Assembly: GCA_963604935.1 (NCBI GenBank)
Contig: CAVCRX010000061.1
Coordinates: 143,593-175,592, forward strand
DNA from: Bacteroidaceae bacterium
GTDB lineage: Bacteria; Actinomycetota; Coriobacteriia; Coriobacteriales; Eggerthellaceae
Direction of reading: 5' to 3'
Length of the DNA: 32,000 nucleotides
This document shows, piece after piece, positions 1-9,531 of this stretch. The translations under genes were made by a program, and so were the position numbers. The notes below the pieces were generated by a model, which ran no database searches, was not told the origin of the DNA, and worked only from the letters and a program-made list of their open reading frames with translations. Each line of letters opens with the position of its first letter. Within the stretch, counting starts at the first letter, position 1.

Positions 1-1002
1 GGTAAAGCCAGCAGACTCAAGGCCTTCCTTGATAACCTTTGCGTTGGTGCGATAGTAATCAAGAGTTTCCTCGATCTGAGCTGCACCCTCTTCGGTATAA
101 ACAGCAGCAGCGCCACGCTGAATAACATAGGATGCGCCGTTAAACTTGGTGGTCTGACGACGGTTCCACATAGCGTTCAGGCTCTGGCCATCACGCACCA
201 AGTCCTTGGGAACTACCGTGTAGCCACAACGAGCACCCGTGAAACCTGCGGTCTTAGAGAAAGAACGGAACTCGATTGCGCAAGTCTTAGCGCCTTCAAC
301 CTCAAAGATGGAATGAGGCACGCCAGGCTCGGTGATAAAGCGCTCGTAAGCAGCGTCAAACATAATGATTGAGCCGTTTTCGTTTGCGTAATCGACCCAA
401 GCCTTCAGCTGTTCAGTATTAAGAACAGTGCCAGTGGGGTTGTTGGGGCTGCACAGATAAATAACGTCAACCTTGACCTTGGGTAACTCGGGCGAAAAAT
501 CATTCTCGGCCGTGGTGGGCATGTAATAAATGTTAGACCAGCCTTGAGCTTCTTCGTCGTAATCGCCAGCACGACCAGCCATAGCATTGGTGTCAACATA
601 AACGGGATATACCGGGTCGCAAACAGCAATCTTGTTATCGACCGAAAGAATGTCGCCAATGTTGCCACAGTCGGACTTTGCGCCATCGGAAACAAAAATC
701 TCATCAGCAGAAATATCTACACCACGAGCAGCAAAATCAGCCTTCTGGATAGCGTCACGTAAAAAGTCATAACCCTGCTCAGGGCCGTAACCGTAAAAGC
801 TTTCTGCATGAGCAAGATCATCAACAGCGCCATGCATTGCCTCAATAACAGCAGGAACCAAAGGACGAGTAACGTCTCCGATACCCATCTTAATCAGGTC
901 GGCCTCGGGGTGAGCCTCGGCATAAGCAGCAGTGCGACGAGCAATCTCTGAGAACAGATAGCTACCAGGAAGCTTTTGATAATTTTCATTGACCTTAGCC
1001 AA
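1..1002 (-). CDS. dapL: LL-diaminopimelate aminotransferase (DapL-type PLP aminotransferase); C-terminal part runs off the window start
   Basis: My own minus-strand translation from TTG at 1002..1000 (GGAGA about 7 nt upstream) gives [23 protein letters not shown]...GIGDVTRPL...[13 protein letters not shown]...[17 protein letters not shown]...LCSPNNPTG...[15 protein letters not shown]. The frame stays open to position 1. It is absent from the ORF track because it is truncated and has a non-ATG start. Confidence 0.8.
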   Translation of the reverse strand, partial: MAKVNENYQKLPGSYLFSEIARRTAAYAEAHPEADLIKMGIGDVTRPLVPAVIEAMHGAVDDLAHAESFYGYGPEQGYDFLRDAIQKADFAARGVDISADEIFVSDGAKSDCGNIGDILSVDNKIAVCDPVYPVYVDTNAMAGRAGDYDEEAQGWSNIYYMPTTAENDFSPELPKVKVDVIYLCSPNNPTGTVLNTEQLKAWVDYANENGSIIMFDAAYERFITEPGVPHSIFEVEGAKTCAIEFRSFSKTAGFTGARCGYTVVPKDLVRDGQSLNAMWNRRQTTKFNGASYVIQRGAAAVYTEEGAAQIEETLDYYRTNAKVIKEGLESAGFT

Positions 1003-1104
1003 AAGAATCTCCTTTGTGCGAATACTTCAAGGTGCCTCGTTAGGCACAAACGGGTAACTCCATAAGAGTAGCGAAGCTTAAGCAGTTATTGCGTGACACT
1101 TTGG

Positions 1105-1145
1105 TAAAAAACTATCCCCTAGCGCAATTTCTGCCCTAGGGGATA
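1105..1145 (-). terminator. Rho-independent terminator downstream of the fdh operon
   Basis: A 10-bp stem pairs TATCCCCTAG (1113-1122) with CTAGGGGATA (1136-1145) around a 13-nt loop. On the minus strand it is followed by a T6 tract (plus-strand A-run 1106-1111). Confidence 0.6.
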
Positions 1146-1270
1146 ACAAAGTTTCACTGCGACACGACTTCCCGCTTGAACCCTATGCTCAAGCTAGGTA
1201 GTCAGCCTACGATTCTAAGCTAGGCGGCCATGCATACTAGGCGCCCAGTTTAAAAGGCGAGCCTACACGT

Positions 1271-4060
1271 TTAGTCTTCGTGTGCATGAACAGGATGTTT
1301 TTCTTCCTCACTCAAAACGTAATCGTTAGGCACTGCCTCAACCGTAACAGCACAAACCTTGTATTCAGGCGTCTTGCAAATACGATCGAGCGCATCCTTG
1401 GTTAGCCAGTTAGCATTGCCGTCCTGGAAGTGGAAAGGCATCCAGGTCTGACCAGGATTGGTCTTGTCGCTTACGCGAGCCCAGGAAAGGATGGCGCTTC
1501 GACGGCTCGAAACCTTAACGCGTCCACCATCAACAATGTTTAGGCGCTCGGCATCTTTGGTATTAATCTCGATGAAGGACTTGCCGGCAATCTCGTTGAT
1601 ACCCCTGGTCTTATCCGTCATGGCAGATGCATTGTAGTGATACAGAATGCGGCCCGTAGTCAAAATCATGGGATATTCTTCGTCAGGCAACTCAGTTGAA
1701 GGAATATATTCTGCAACCGAATAAGTTCCCAGGCCACGGCTAAATTTGTCCACGTGCATGATAGGGGTGCCAGGGTGATTCTTATCCAGGCAAGGCCAAG
1801 AAAGTCCGCGACCTCCGACCTCAGGGCTATCTAGACGCTCATGACTAATGCCATGGAAGCTTGGGGTCAGCTCAGCGATTTCGTCCATAATTTGGGCACT
1901 GGTAAGCTGAGGCTGCGGGTAACCCATGCGGTTCATCAGGTCGATGAAGATATCAGTATCCAGGCGCGTTTCACCAGGGATGGTTACCGCGGTGCGAATA
2001 CGCTGAACGCGACGCTCGGTATTAGAGAAGGTGCCTTCCTTTTCAGCATAGCTCCTACCAGGCAAAACAACGTCGGCATACTTGGCGGTTTCGGTAAGGA
2101 ACAAGTCATCTACTACCAAGAAGTCAAGCGACTGAAGAGCCTTGATTACGTGGTTGGTATCAGGGTCGGTACGCACTGGATCTTCGCCAAAGATGAACAG
2201 GCCCTTGATGTCACCAGAAATCATCTTGGGGAAGCACTCAGTTGCATAGGTGCCTTGCCACTTAGGAATTTCGACTCCCCAATGCTTTTCATAGCGAGCC
2301 ATAACCTCTTCGTTAGCAAGCTTCTGGTAGCCAGGGAATTCAGCGGGAGTTGCGCCCATATCACAAGCGCCCTGAACATTATTCTGGCCACGAACAGGAT
2401 TAACGCCACAGCCAGGCTTACCAAAGTTGCCAGTAATCATAGCCAGGTTAGACAAAGACATAACGCCTTCGGTGCCACCGGAATGCTCGGTAACGCCCAG
2501 GCAGTATACGATTGCCGCTGCATCAACCGAGGCATACATACGAGCTGCGGCGATCAAATCTTCAGCTGCAACGCCGCAAATTTCTGCGACACGCTCGGGC
2601 GTATACGAAGAAACCATGTCGGCATATTCGCGATAAACATCAGTTTCGGTGCGAGACTGAATGAATTCCCAGTCAATTAGGCCTTCATTAATAAGGATGT
2701 TAGCAATGCCATTAGAGAAAGCAACATTAGTACCAGGCGTAAGCTTGAGGTGAATGTCGGCAATCTTAGAGAGGCCGATATCGCGAGGGTCAACCACGAT
2801 AAGCTTAGTTCCGCGCTCAACAGCCTTACGAATATGCATACCAAAAACAGGATGTGCTTCTTCGGGGTTAGAGCCAACAAGCATGATAACTTTGGCGTTT
2901 TCAGCAATGTCCACAATGGGATTAGTCATTGCGCCAGAGCCAAGAGTACGAGCAAGGCCGGCAACCGAAGGGCCATGGCAAACGCGAGCGCAGTTATCAA
3001 CGTTGTTCGTCTTGAAGACAGTGCGTGCCATCTTCTGAAGCATATAAATATCTTCGTTCGCAGAACGTGCGCAAGCAAAGGCTGCTAAAGACTCGCCGCC
3101 AAATTCGTCGCGCAGGCCACCCATTTTCTCGGCAACCAAGTCAAGAGCCTCGTCCCAGGAAGCTTCTTCGAATTCGCCGGTTTCTTTATTTTTGATAAGA
3201 GGCTTAGTAATGCGCTCGGGCGAATGAACGAAGTCGAAGCAAGCGCTGCGACCCTTTACGCACAGAAGACCACGGTTCGAAGGGCCATCTGCTGCCTCAA
3301 CGTCAACAATCTTGTTGTCTTTAACTACCAGGTAATACTGACAACCCGTTGCGCAATGGGGGCAGGTGGTAAGAACCTTCTTAACTTCCCATTCGCGGTA
3401 CTTATTGCGACGCTTTTCGGTAAGTGCGCCGGTGGGGCAAGCCTGGGTGCAATTTCCGCAAGACTCGCAAGCAGTCGACTTCCAGTCTTCGCCAAAGGGA
3501 GCAACGATAGAAGTACGCGTACCGCGCTTGCCAGCAACAAGCGTGTGATTACCAGTACAGTTGTTACATACCGCAACGCAACGCTGGCAATGAATGCACA
3601 GGTTGGGGTCGTAAGAAATAAAAGGGTTGCCATCCAGGATGGGCTGAACTTCCTGCTTAACGCCGCCAAATGCTTCAGTTACGCCGTATTCGCGGCACAG
3701 CGCCTGCAGTTCACAAGCGCCATTCTTTTTGCAGCTAAAGCAGTAGTGGGTGCTATCCAAATTATGGGTAGTAAGGATGAGCGAAAGCGCAATACGGCGA
3801 GACTCCATTACGCGTTCGGAAGCGGTGTTGATCACCATGCCGTCTTCTACAGGAGTGTTGCAGGCAGCAACAAGCTCGTTGCGACCCTCAACCTCTACCA
3901 CGCATACGCGGCAGCTACCAATTTCGTTAATACCAGCCAAATAGCACAGGGTTGGAATCTTGACGTTTGCTACACGTGCAGCAGCCAAGATAGTCATCCC
4001 GGCTGGGACGGTAAGTTTGTTTCCGTCAATGTTTACTTCGCAAAAAGAAACATTAGACAT
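1271..4060 (-). CDS. fdhA: Formate dehydrogenase catalytic (alpha) subunit, Mo/W-bisPGD family with an N-terminal 2Fe-2S/4Fe-4S (NuoG-like) extension; Cys-type, not Sec-type
   Basis: 929 aa from ATG 4060 (MSNVSFCEVNIDG...). The track start at 4096 would overlap the upstream gene by 44 nt. Motifs: CYLAGINEIGSCRVCVVEV (2Fe-2S), CIHCQRCVAVC and CESCGNCTQACPTGAL (4Fe-4S), TTCPHCATGCQY (MopB 4Fe-4S), and the active-site region ARVCHGPSVAGL carrying Cys. Confidence 0.9.
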   Translation of the reverse strand: MSNVSFCEVNIDGNKLTVPAGMTILAAARVANVKIPTLCYLAGINEIGSCRVCVVEVEGRNELVAACNTPVEDGMVINTASERVMESRRIALSLILTTHNLDSTHYCFSCKKNGACELQALCREYGVTEAFGGVKQEVQPILDGNPFISYDPNLCIHCQRCVAVCNNCTGNHTLVAGKRGTRTSIVAPFGEDWKSTACESCGNCTQACPTGALTEKRRNKYREWEVKKVLTTCPHCATGCQYYLVVKDNKIVDVEAADGPSNRGLLCVKGRSACFDFVHSPERITKPLIKNKETGEFEEASWDEALDLVAEKMGGLRDEFGGESLAAFACARSANEDIYMLQKMARTVFKTNNVDNCARVCHGPSVAGLARTLGSGAMTNPIVDIAENAKVIMLVGSNPEEAHPVFGMHIRKAVERGTKLIVVDPRDIGLSKIADIHLKLTPGTNVAFSNGIANILINEGLIDWEFIQSRTETDVYREYADMVSSYTPERVAEICGVAAEDLIAAARMYASVDAAAIVYCLGVTEHSGGTEGVMSLSNLAMITGNFGKPGCGVNPVRGQNNVQGACDMGATPAEFPGYQKLANEEVMARYEKHWGVEIPKWQGTYATECFPKMISGDIKGLFIFGEDPVRTDPDTNHVIKALQSLDFLVVDDLFLTETAKYADVVLPGRSYAEKEGTFSNTERRVQRIRTAVTIPGETRLDTDIFIDLMNRMGYPQPQLTSAQIMDEIAELTPSFHGISHERLDSPEVGGRGLSWPCLDKNHPGTPIMHVDKFSRGLGTYSVAEYIPSTELPDEEYPMILTTGRILYHYNASAMTDKTRGINEIAGKSFIEINTKDAERLNIVDGGRVKVSSRRSAILSWARVSDKTNPGQTWMPFHFQDGNANWLTKDALDRICKTPEYKVCAVTVEAVPNDYVLSEEEKHPVHAHED

Positions 4061-5885
4061 ACTGGTACCTGCCATCCTGCAGAACACCACAACCATAATG
4101 ATCGCAGCGCAGGCAACGCCTTGCTTCCTGCATAGCTTCTTCGTAGCTCATTTCGATTTCTACACCTTCAAAATCACACTTGCGCTCACGTGCGGGACGC
4201 TCGGCGATGTTTACGCGACCATAAGCCTCACGAATATTGGGCTTAGGAGCAGGAGCGCTTACTCCGCAATCAAGCTTGTGATGGTAGCCAAGGAATTCAT
4301 CGATGTTGCGTGCAGCAACCTTACCAGCGCCAATAGCTTTAATAACAGTAGCAGGGCCGGTCTGGCAGTCGCCGCCAACAAAGACATTTTCAAAGCCTTC
4401 AGCCTTAAGGAATTCATCAGCCTTGTAGGGCTTACGAGAAGTAACAGGCATGCCATAGTGGGTAGACATAATGTCCTGACCAACGGCAATCAAAACGATG
4501 TCGGCTTCGATGCGGACCTCGGGCTTGTTTGCCTTTGCAGGAGCAGGACGGCCGCGCTTAACAGCGCTGATGTACTGAGGCTGCGCAATAAGAGCAGTGC
4601 AGTGGCCGTTTTCGTCAACTTCAATACGCTCAGGAGCGGCAAGGGTCATCATCTCGACACCCTCTTGCATTGCTGACTCAATCTCGGAATACAGAGCTGT
4701 CATATCTTCGATACGACGACGATATACGCAGGTAACCTCGGAAGCACCCAGGCGAACCGAAGTACGGCAGCAGTCCATTGCAACGTTACCGCCACCAATA
4801 ACAGCAACCTTTTTGCCGGTGAAATCGGGGTATTGATCGTCGCCAATCTTGCTCAGCAGGTCAACAGCAGACATAACGCCTTCAGCCTCGACACCATCGA
4901 GCTTTAGGGTCTTACCAATCTGGGCGCCAACTGCAACATAAACAGCATCGTAGTCGGCGATGATTTTTGCTTCGTCTTCCTTGGCAAGCTGGGTGTTCAT
5001 CTTTACATCGATGTTGCCAACCGAAAGGACGGCGCGAATGTCGCGATCAAGAAGCTCACGGGGGAAACGATATGCAGGAATACCGTAGCGGGTCATGCCG
5101 CCCATCTTGCTGCGGCCTTCGAAAACGGTAACCTTGTGGCCCATCAGAGCCAAGTAGTAAGCGCAGGTCAAGCCAGAAGGACCGGCACCAACAACAGCAA
5201 TGTGGCGACCAGTGTCGGGCAGGCGCTTGGGCACAGGGACAGTGTCGGCAGGAGCCATGTCTACCGCAAAACGCTTGATGCCACGAATATTTACAGGAGC
5301 GTCAATAAGCTGGCGGCGGCAGCGAACTTCACAGGGATGCTCGCATACTAAAGCGCACATTGTTGGGAAGGGGTTGTCTTTACGAATAAGCTGAACAGCC
5401 TCTTCGTAACGACCTTCTGCGACCAAGGCAATATAGCCAGGAACGTCAACATGCGCAGGGCACAAAGCTTCGCAAGGAAGCTTCTGCGAAACGTCAGACA
5501 GACAAGAGCCTTCGTTAATGTGACTTGCGTATTCATCTGCAAAAGAATCCAAGCCTTCAAGAACAGCGTTGCCGGCTTCGTAACCAACAGCGCAGTCGGA
5601 AGAATCACGAATAACGGTGGCCAAAGTACGAATCTGCTCAAGAACTTCGGGGCCAGCCTTGCAATCGCGCACCTGGCGCAACAAATTAGCGAGTTGAGGG
5701 ATACCATCGCGACAAGGAACGCACTTGCCACAAGTCTGAGAACCGCCCGCTTCTAATAAAGTAAGCTGAACTGCCACAGGACACATGCCTGGAGGCGTTG
5801 CGGATACACGTTTTTCATAGCGCTCTAGATAGTCATTGATCTGCTTATCAGCATGACTATTAGGAGCAACAGACAGCTTAGCCAT
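4053..5885 (-). CDS. FeS flavoprotein, NAD(P)H-binding partner of the formate dehydrogenase (NuoF-type FeS region fused to a GltD-like pyridine-nucleotide oxidoreductase; SfrB/FdhB-like)
   Basis: 610 aa with an AAGGAGGA RBS. Motifs: GKCVPCRDG (NuoF-like 4Fe-4S), CEALCPAHVD and CALVCEHPCEVRC clusters, and dinucleotide folds VAVVGAGPSGLTCAYYL and VAVIGGGNVAMDC. The stop overlaps the fdhA ATG by 8 nt (ATGTCTAA, 4053-4060). Confidence 0.8.
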   Translation of the reverse strand: MAKLSVAPNSHADKQINDYLERYEKRVSATPPGMCPVAVQLTLLEAGGSQTCGKCVPCRDGIPQLANLLRQVRDCKAGPEVLEQIRTLATVIRDSSDCAVGYEAGNAVLEGLDSFADEYASHINEGSCLSDVSQKLPCEALCPAHVDVPGYIALVAEGRYEEAVQLIRKDNPFPTMCALVCEHPCEVRCRRQLIDAPVNIRGIKRFAVDMAPADTVPVPKRLPDTGRHIAVVGAGPSGLTCAYYLALMGHKVTVFEGRSKMGGMTRYGIPAYRFPRELLDRDIRAVLSVGNIDVKMNTQLAKEDEAKIIADYDAVYVAVGAQIGKTLKLDGVEAEGVMSAVDLLSKIGDDQYPDFTGKKVAVIGGGNVAMDCCRTSVRLGASEVTCVYRRRIEDMTALYSEIESAMQEGVEMMTLAAPERIEVDENGHCTALIAQPQYISAVKRGRPAPAKANKPEVRIEADIVLIAVGQDIMSTHYGMPVTSRKPYKADEFLKAEGFENVFVGGDCQTGPATVIKAIGAGKVAARNIDEFLGYHHKLDCGVSAPAPKPNIREAYGRVNIAERPARERKCDFEGVEIEMSYEEAMQEARRCLRCDHYGCGVLQDGRYQYV

Positions 5886-5939
5886 ATAGCTAATCCTCCT
5901 TGAACCTCTCCATCGTTTACCCTTATCAGAACACCCTCC

Positions 5940-5967
5940 CCTATTATGTTCGTGCGTACATAATAGG
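5940..5967 (-). promoter_or_regulatory. Inverted repeat upstream of the fdh operon (candidate operator)
   Basis: CCTATTATGT (5940-5949) and ACATAATAGG (5958-5967) form perfect 10-bp arms with an 8-bp spacer, 55-80 nt upstream of the start at 5885. There is no T-tract, so it is unlikely to be a terminator. Confidence 0.3.
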
Positions 5968-6133
5968 TTATTAAGAAAGAATGCCGCGACCTTAGCCGTG
6001 GCACCTAACAGGTATGCTTGTCTGATTGAGTATTATGCACGCTCAGATGCAAAATACCGGATAATCTTTTCAAACATTGTTTAATCAAATGCAGCACATT
6101 TAAACGTGCTAGTAGCTGGAGCTTGCCTGGGAC

Positions 6134-6997
6134 TTAGTTGTCCTTCTTGTTGCGAGCAAAAGCAATCCAGTACAGCAGACCAACCAAGATAGATCCACCA
6201 ACAATATTACCCAGGGTGACAATTCCTAAGTTGTAGAAGATGGGACCCAGATCCAAAGCTCCGACGTTTGCAACATTTGCACCATAACCCAGAAGCTTTG
6301 CAAACCAGCCTTCAAACAGAAAGAACATGTTGGCAATACTATGTTCAAATCCGCAAGCAACGAAGGCAGTGATTGGCATTACGCAAGCAACAATCTTGTC
6401 TACCAGGGTTCGCGCACCAAAGGTCATCCAAACAGCCAGGCAAACCAAGAAGTTACACATGATTGCCTTGCAGAAAAGAGTCAAAGCATCGGGGGTTACT
6501 TTGGAAACTGCGGTGGCTACCATGGCGTCGCCTACTGCACCATTGTTCATTGCTGCCATTGCAGAGCCGCAAACAATTACCGCAAGAATTAGCGAGCCAA
6601 CAAAGTTGCCAATCCAAACAACTACCCAGTTGCGCAGCATGCCAGAAAGCTTGATTTTCTTACTGCCCAAGCCGCAAACCATCAAGCAGTTGCCGGTGAA
6701 GAGCTCGGAGCCGCAAACAACAACCAGCATCAGGCCAACCGAGAAGCATGAAGCGCCCATGACGCGCTTGATTGCAAAGGGGAGCTCTGTGTCGCCTTGA
6801 ACCAATGTAAAGAGTGTTGCACCACAACCAATAAACAAGCCTGCAGCAATAGCCAAAACAAACATGGTTATCGCATTCATGCCTGCTTTGCCGACTGCCA
6901 AAACTTCAGCTTTTGCTTCAATTTCAGCTGGAGCCAAAACATCAGGCTTAAGGGTCTTAACCTCAGCGGCGTCTAATGCCACTTCTACCACCTCCAT
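6134..6997 (-). CDS. focA: Formate/nitrite transporter family channel (FocA-like)
   Basis: 287 aa polytopic membrane protein with the FNT signature FEHSIANMFF, sitting immediately upstream of the FDH genes. An alternative GTG start at codon 6 is preceded by GGAGGTG. Confidence 0.85.
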   Translation of the reverse strand: MEVVEVALDAAEVKTLKPDVLAPAEIEAKAEVLAVGKAGMNAITMFVLAIAAGLFIGCGATLFTLVQGDTELPFAIKRVMGASCFSVGLMLVVVCGSELFTGNCLMVCGLGSKKIKLSGMLRNWVVVWIGNFVGSLILAVIVCGSAMAAMNNGAVGDAMVATAVSKVTPDALTLFCKAIMCNFLVCLAVWMTFGARTLVDKIVACVMPITAFVACGFEHSIANMFFLFEGWFAKLLGYGANVANVGALDLGPIFYNLGIVTLGNIVGGSILVGLLYWIAFARNKKDN

Positions 6998-7089
6998 AGT
7001 CTTATACGCATTAGTGCAAAATGCGTAACGGTGTGTGACATTGTGCGAAAAAATGAATTTTCTAACAGCGCAAAAATTCCGAGTGGCTT

Positions 7090-7118
7090 AAAAATGACAG
7101 TAAACGAGTGTCATTTTT
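7090..7118. terminator. A/T-flanked hairpin between the reverse-rubrerythrin gene and focA (possible bidirectional terminator or insulator, or a binding site)
   Basis: AAAAATGACA (7090-7099) pairs with TGTCATTTTT (7109-7118) around a 9-nt loop. Confidence 0.35.
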
Positions 7119-7263
7119 GCTCGGGTTCAAAAACTCCACGTACCGTTTGATTTTTTAGGCAGATTTTTACGAACGATATCTTTAGAGTGAGCGACTTTTA
7201 GGGGGTGGTTTAGTTGGTGTAACCTCCCGACAACTCAAGCCTGATAGCTAAAACGAAAACACG

Positions 7264-7304
7264 CATAAGAAAAGGTCTTCTGCTCTCTATGAACAGAAGA
7301 CCTT
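7264..7304 (-). terminator. Rho-independent terminator of the reverse-rubrerythrin gene
   Basis: An 11-bp stem pairs AAGGTCTTCTG (7272-7282) with CAGAAGACCTT (7294-7304). On the minus strand it is followed by TTTTCTTAT. Confidence 0.65.
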
Positions 7305-7349
7305 AAAACTAGCGACTTAGATTAGTCACAGCTTGCACTTTTGCGGCTA

Positions 7350-7928
7350 TTAGCCAAAGTACCTCTTCAGCAAACCCTGGAAAGCCTGGCCGTGACGAGC
7401 CTCGTCGCGAGCCATCTCATGGATGCTATCGTGCAGAGCATCCAGATTCTGCTGCTTGGCAAGTTTGGCCATGTCGGTCTTAGCCTTGCAGGCGCCATTT
7501 TCGGCAGCAACGCGACGCTTCAGGTTTTCCTCGGTAGAATCGCTTACGATTTCGCCACCAATAAATTCAGCATAACGAGCGGCGTGACCAGCCTCTTCCC
7601 AGGCGGCAGTTTCGTAATAAGCGCCAACTTCAGGGTAGCCCTCGCGATAAGCAACGCGTGCCATTGCTAAATACATGCCGGCCTCGGAGCATTCGCCGTT
7701 GTACTCAGCACGAAGGAAGCTCTGCAGCTCAGCAGGAACTTCGTCAAGCATACCAACGCCAATGCGATGCTCGGAAGCCCAGACCAGATCCTCGCCGCCT
7801 TCTTCTGCAGGAGCCTGCTTCACAAACTTAGAACCAGGAACTTTGCAAACAGGGCAAACAAAATCAGCGGGAAGCTCGTCGCCATCAAATTCTTCTACAT
7901 AACCACAAACAGGACAAATAAACAGCAT
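7350..7928 (-). CDS. Reverse rubrerythrin (N-terminal rubredoxin-like domain, C-terminal ferritin-like diiron domain)
   Basis: I moved the start to ATG 7928, which has AAAGGAGA 7 nt upstream. The product begins MLFICPVCGY...CPVCKV, followed by diiron ExxH motifs (EEAGH, DEARH). Confidence 0.85.
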   Translation of the reverse strand: MLFICPVCGYVEEFDGDELPADFVCPVCKVPGSKFVKQAPAEEGGEDLVWASEHRIGVGMLDEVPAELQSFLRAEYNGECSEAGMYLAMARVAYREGYPEVGAYYETAAWEEAGHAARYAEFIGGEIVSDSTEENLKRRVAAENGACKAKTDMAKLAKQQNLDALHDSIHEMARDEARHGQAFQGLLKRYFG

Positions 7929-8323
7929 TGCGATCTCCTTTTCAGTAATGATTCCTAATAAGCTCACTAATTATATTATGCAAATTTCAGAAAGAAAAGG
8001 AAGACTTATGAAGAAGAAAATTAGTTAGCCACGGCTTACGCTTCTAGCTAGGAGTACAGCAAAATGTACAGCGCAAACAATTCGGTTTTAGTTTAAATAG
8101 CAATTAGATGCATTGCGCCCAGACTTTATACAAACAAGGCGCCGCTCAACCGATGATTTTACCCAAAACGCTCATGCCTTATGAACGGCGCCTTGCACAT
8201 ATAGTGCCTGGTAAATATAAATTTATCTAGTTACCTTAGGCTCAACTTTTGAATACCAATGGGGCAAGATTTTGAGTCCCTATAGTCCACTTTAAAGAAA
8301 CTTTTGTCCGTAGTGGCTCACAC

Positions 8324-9457
8324 ATGACCGCTGGAAATCATTACGGTCATTCGAGCTCAAAAGGCTCTTATTACAAGGACCTATTCTGCACAACATCTGG
8401 CACTTCTGCTTCCGCCACCTACAAAGGTGGAAACTGCTCGATGAACTTGTACCTTTACATCCCTACTTTCCCAGCATCACCTAAGAAAACCGCAGATAAA
8501 ACCAACACCAAAGTTGGTGACAACATAAAATGGTCTATCACTCGCGATATGCCCATCCTCTACACCGACACGCTTGCGTATTTAACCAAAACCATCATTT
8601 CTGACACTTTAGATTCTCGCTTAAGCTACGTTTCAGCAAAGGTTTATTACGACAAGACCGATGTGACCAACTTGGGAACGCTTAACGTAAGCGGTCAAAC
8701 TGTCACTTGGACAGCAAATTCAGCTTTCCTGGGTAACAGCACCTATTACACCGGCAAAGTTCTCAAGATGGAGCTAGTAACTCAGGTGAATGGTACTGGC
8801 AGTATCACAAATAGCGCCTTCGTAAATTACTACAACGATTCGGCAACGCAGAGAGAAACGACAAAAAGTGATGGCACTATCAATTATTACCGCGACTATC
8901 TAGCTGGCGATACTGACTCTGTATATACCGATAAAACCGACAACACTAAGACCGGTTACCAAGTCAACACCAATGCAACAAAGGCCGCGCAGCGCTCTGA
9001 TTGTGCAGGTCTTACCGACTGGTACACCGATCCAGAATGCACTCAAAAGTACACAGGCGATTGGATTCCAAGCAAAGAAAATAACTATACCCTCGATCTC
9101 TACTGCAAGAATAAAGTCACTCTTGGCTACGGGATTACAAGCGATTCCTATATGAAAACTCATCCGAACAAGACAATCTTCACTGATAGCTTAATGACTT
9201 CAACCGTCATTGATTACTCGAAGGTCTTGCCTGAAACTAAAACCTATTACTATGGGGACACGGTTGATTTCACTAAACTTTCTGACCTCTACTACAAACA
9301 TGCTGGTAGCTCTCACTTATTGGCTTGTTCTGATGGTATTTATGCTTACGAGGACGGAACAGGAGATATATTTACCCAAGTGCGCCTGACCTGCAATTCC
9401 ACCGCTTATTACAAGTGGAAAGGTGGAAATTATGACGGCGTTCTAACCACCAGCTAG
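8324..9457 (+). CDS. Surface-adhesin-like fragment (isopeptide/pilin-D2-like domain plus a Listeria-Bacteroides-type repeat); it has no signal peptide or sorting signal and may be a pseudogene
   Basis: 377-aa ORF. KTADKTNTKVGDNIKWSI...GSITNSAFVNYYND resembles isopeptide-forming adhesin domains, and CAGLTDWYTDPECTQKYTG resembles the GWYTD-type repeat. The frame opens only at 8276, after a TGA. The N-terminus (MTAGNHYGHSSSKG...) is not hydrophobic. Confidence 0.5.
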   Translation: MTAGNHYGHSSSKGSYYKDLFCTTSGTSASATYKGGNCSMNLYLYIPTFPASPKKTADKTNTKVGDNIKWSITRDMPILYTDTLAYLTKTIISDTLDSRLSYVSAKVYYDKTDVTNLGTLNVSGQTVTWTANSAFLGNSTYYTGKVLKMELVTQVNGTGSITNSAFVNYYNDSATQRETTKSDGTINYYRDYLAGDTDSVYTDKTDNTKTGYQVNTNATKAAQRSDCAGLTDWYTDPECTQKYTGDWIPSKENNYTLDLYCKNKVTLGYGITSDSYMKTHPNKTIFTDSLMTSTVIDYSKVLPETKTYYYGDTVDFTKLSDLYYKHAGSSHLLACSDGIYAYEDGTGDIFTQVRLTCNSTAYYKWKGGNYDGVLTTS

Positions 9458-9478
9458 TCTCTATCAATCAACAACCAA

Positions 9479-9510
9479 CAAAAAAGGCTGCTCACATGAG
9501 CAGCCTTTTT
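9479..9510. terminator. Bidirectional rho-independent terminator between convergent genes
   Basis: GGCTGCTC (9486-9493), ACAT loop, GAGCAGCC (9498-9505), flanked by an A-run upstream and T5 downstream. Confidence 0.75.
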
Positions 9511-9531
9511 CATGTCTATAACCAGCTTAGC

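Noticed and set aside
1271-4060. Selenocysteine-containing FDH (in-frame TGA plus SECIS)
   Set aside because: The ORF is uninterrupted and the active-site position is encoded as Cys (ARVCHGPSV). No recoding signal is needed.
1841-4135. Long plus-strand ORFs (1841..2680, 279 aa; 3224..4135, 303 aa; several shorter ones) inside the fdhA locus
   Set aside because: They are antisense shadow ORFs of a well-supported 929-aa gene. Their composition is low-complexity and Arg/Ala/Ser-rich, they lack an RBS, and they carry no recognisable motifs.
8135-8195. Long-range inverted repeat CAAGGCGCCG (8135-8144) / CGGCGCCTTG (8186-8195)
   Set aside because: The loop is 41 nt, there is no U-tract, and no adjacent gene end exists for it to terminate. 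It may be decayed sequence within the adhesin-gene remnant, and the evidence is insufficient to call a feature.
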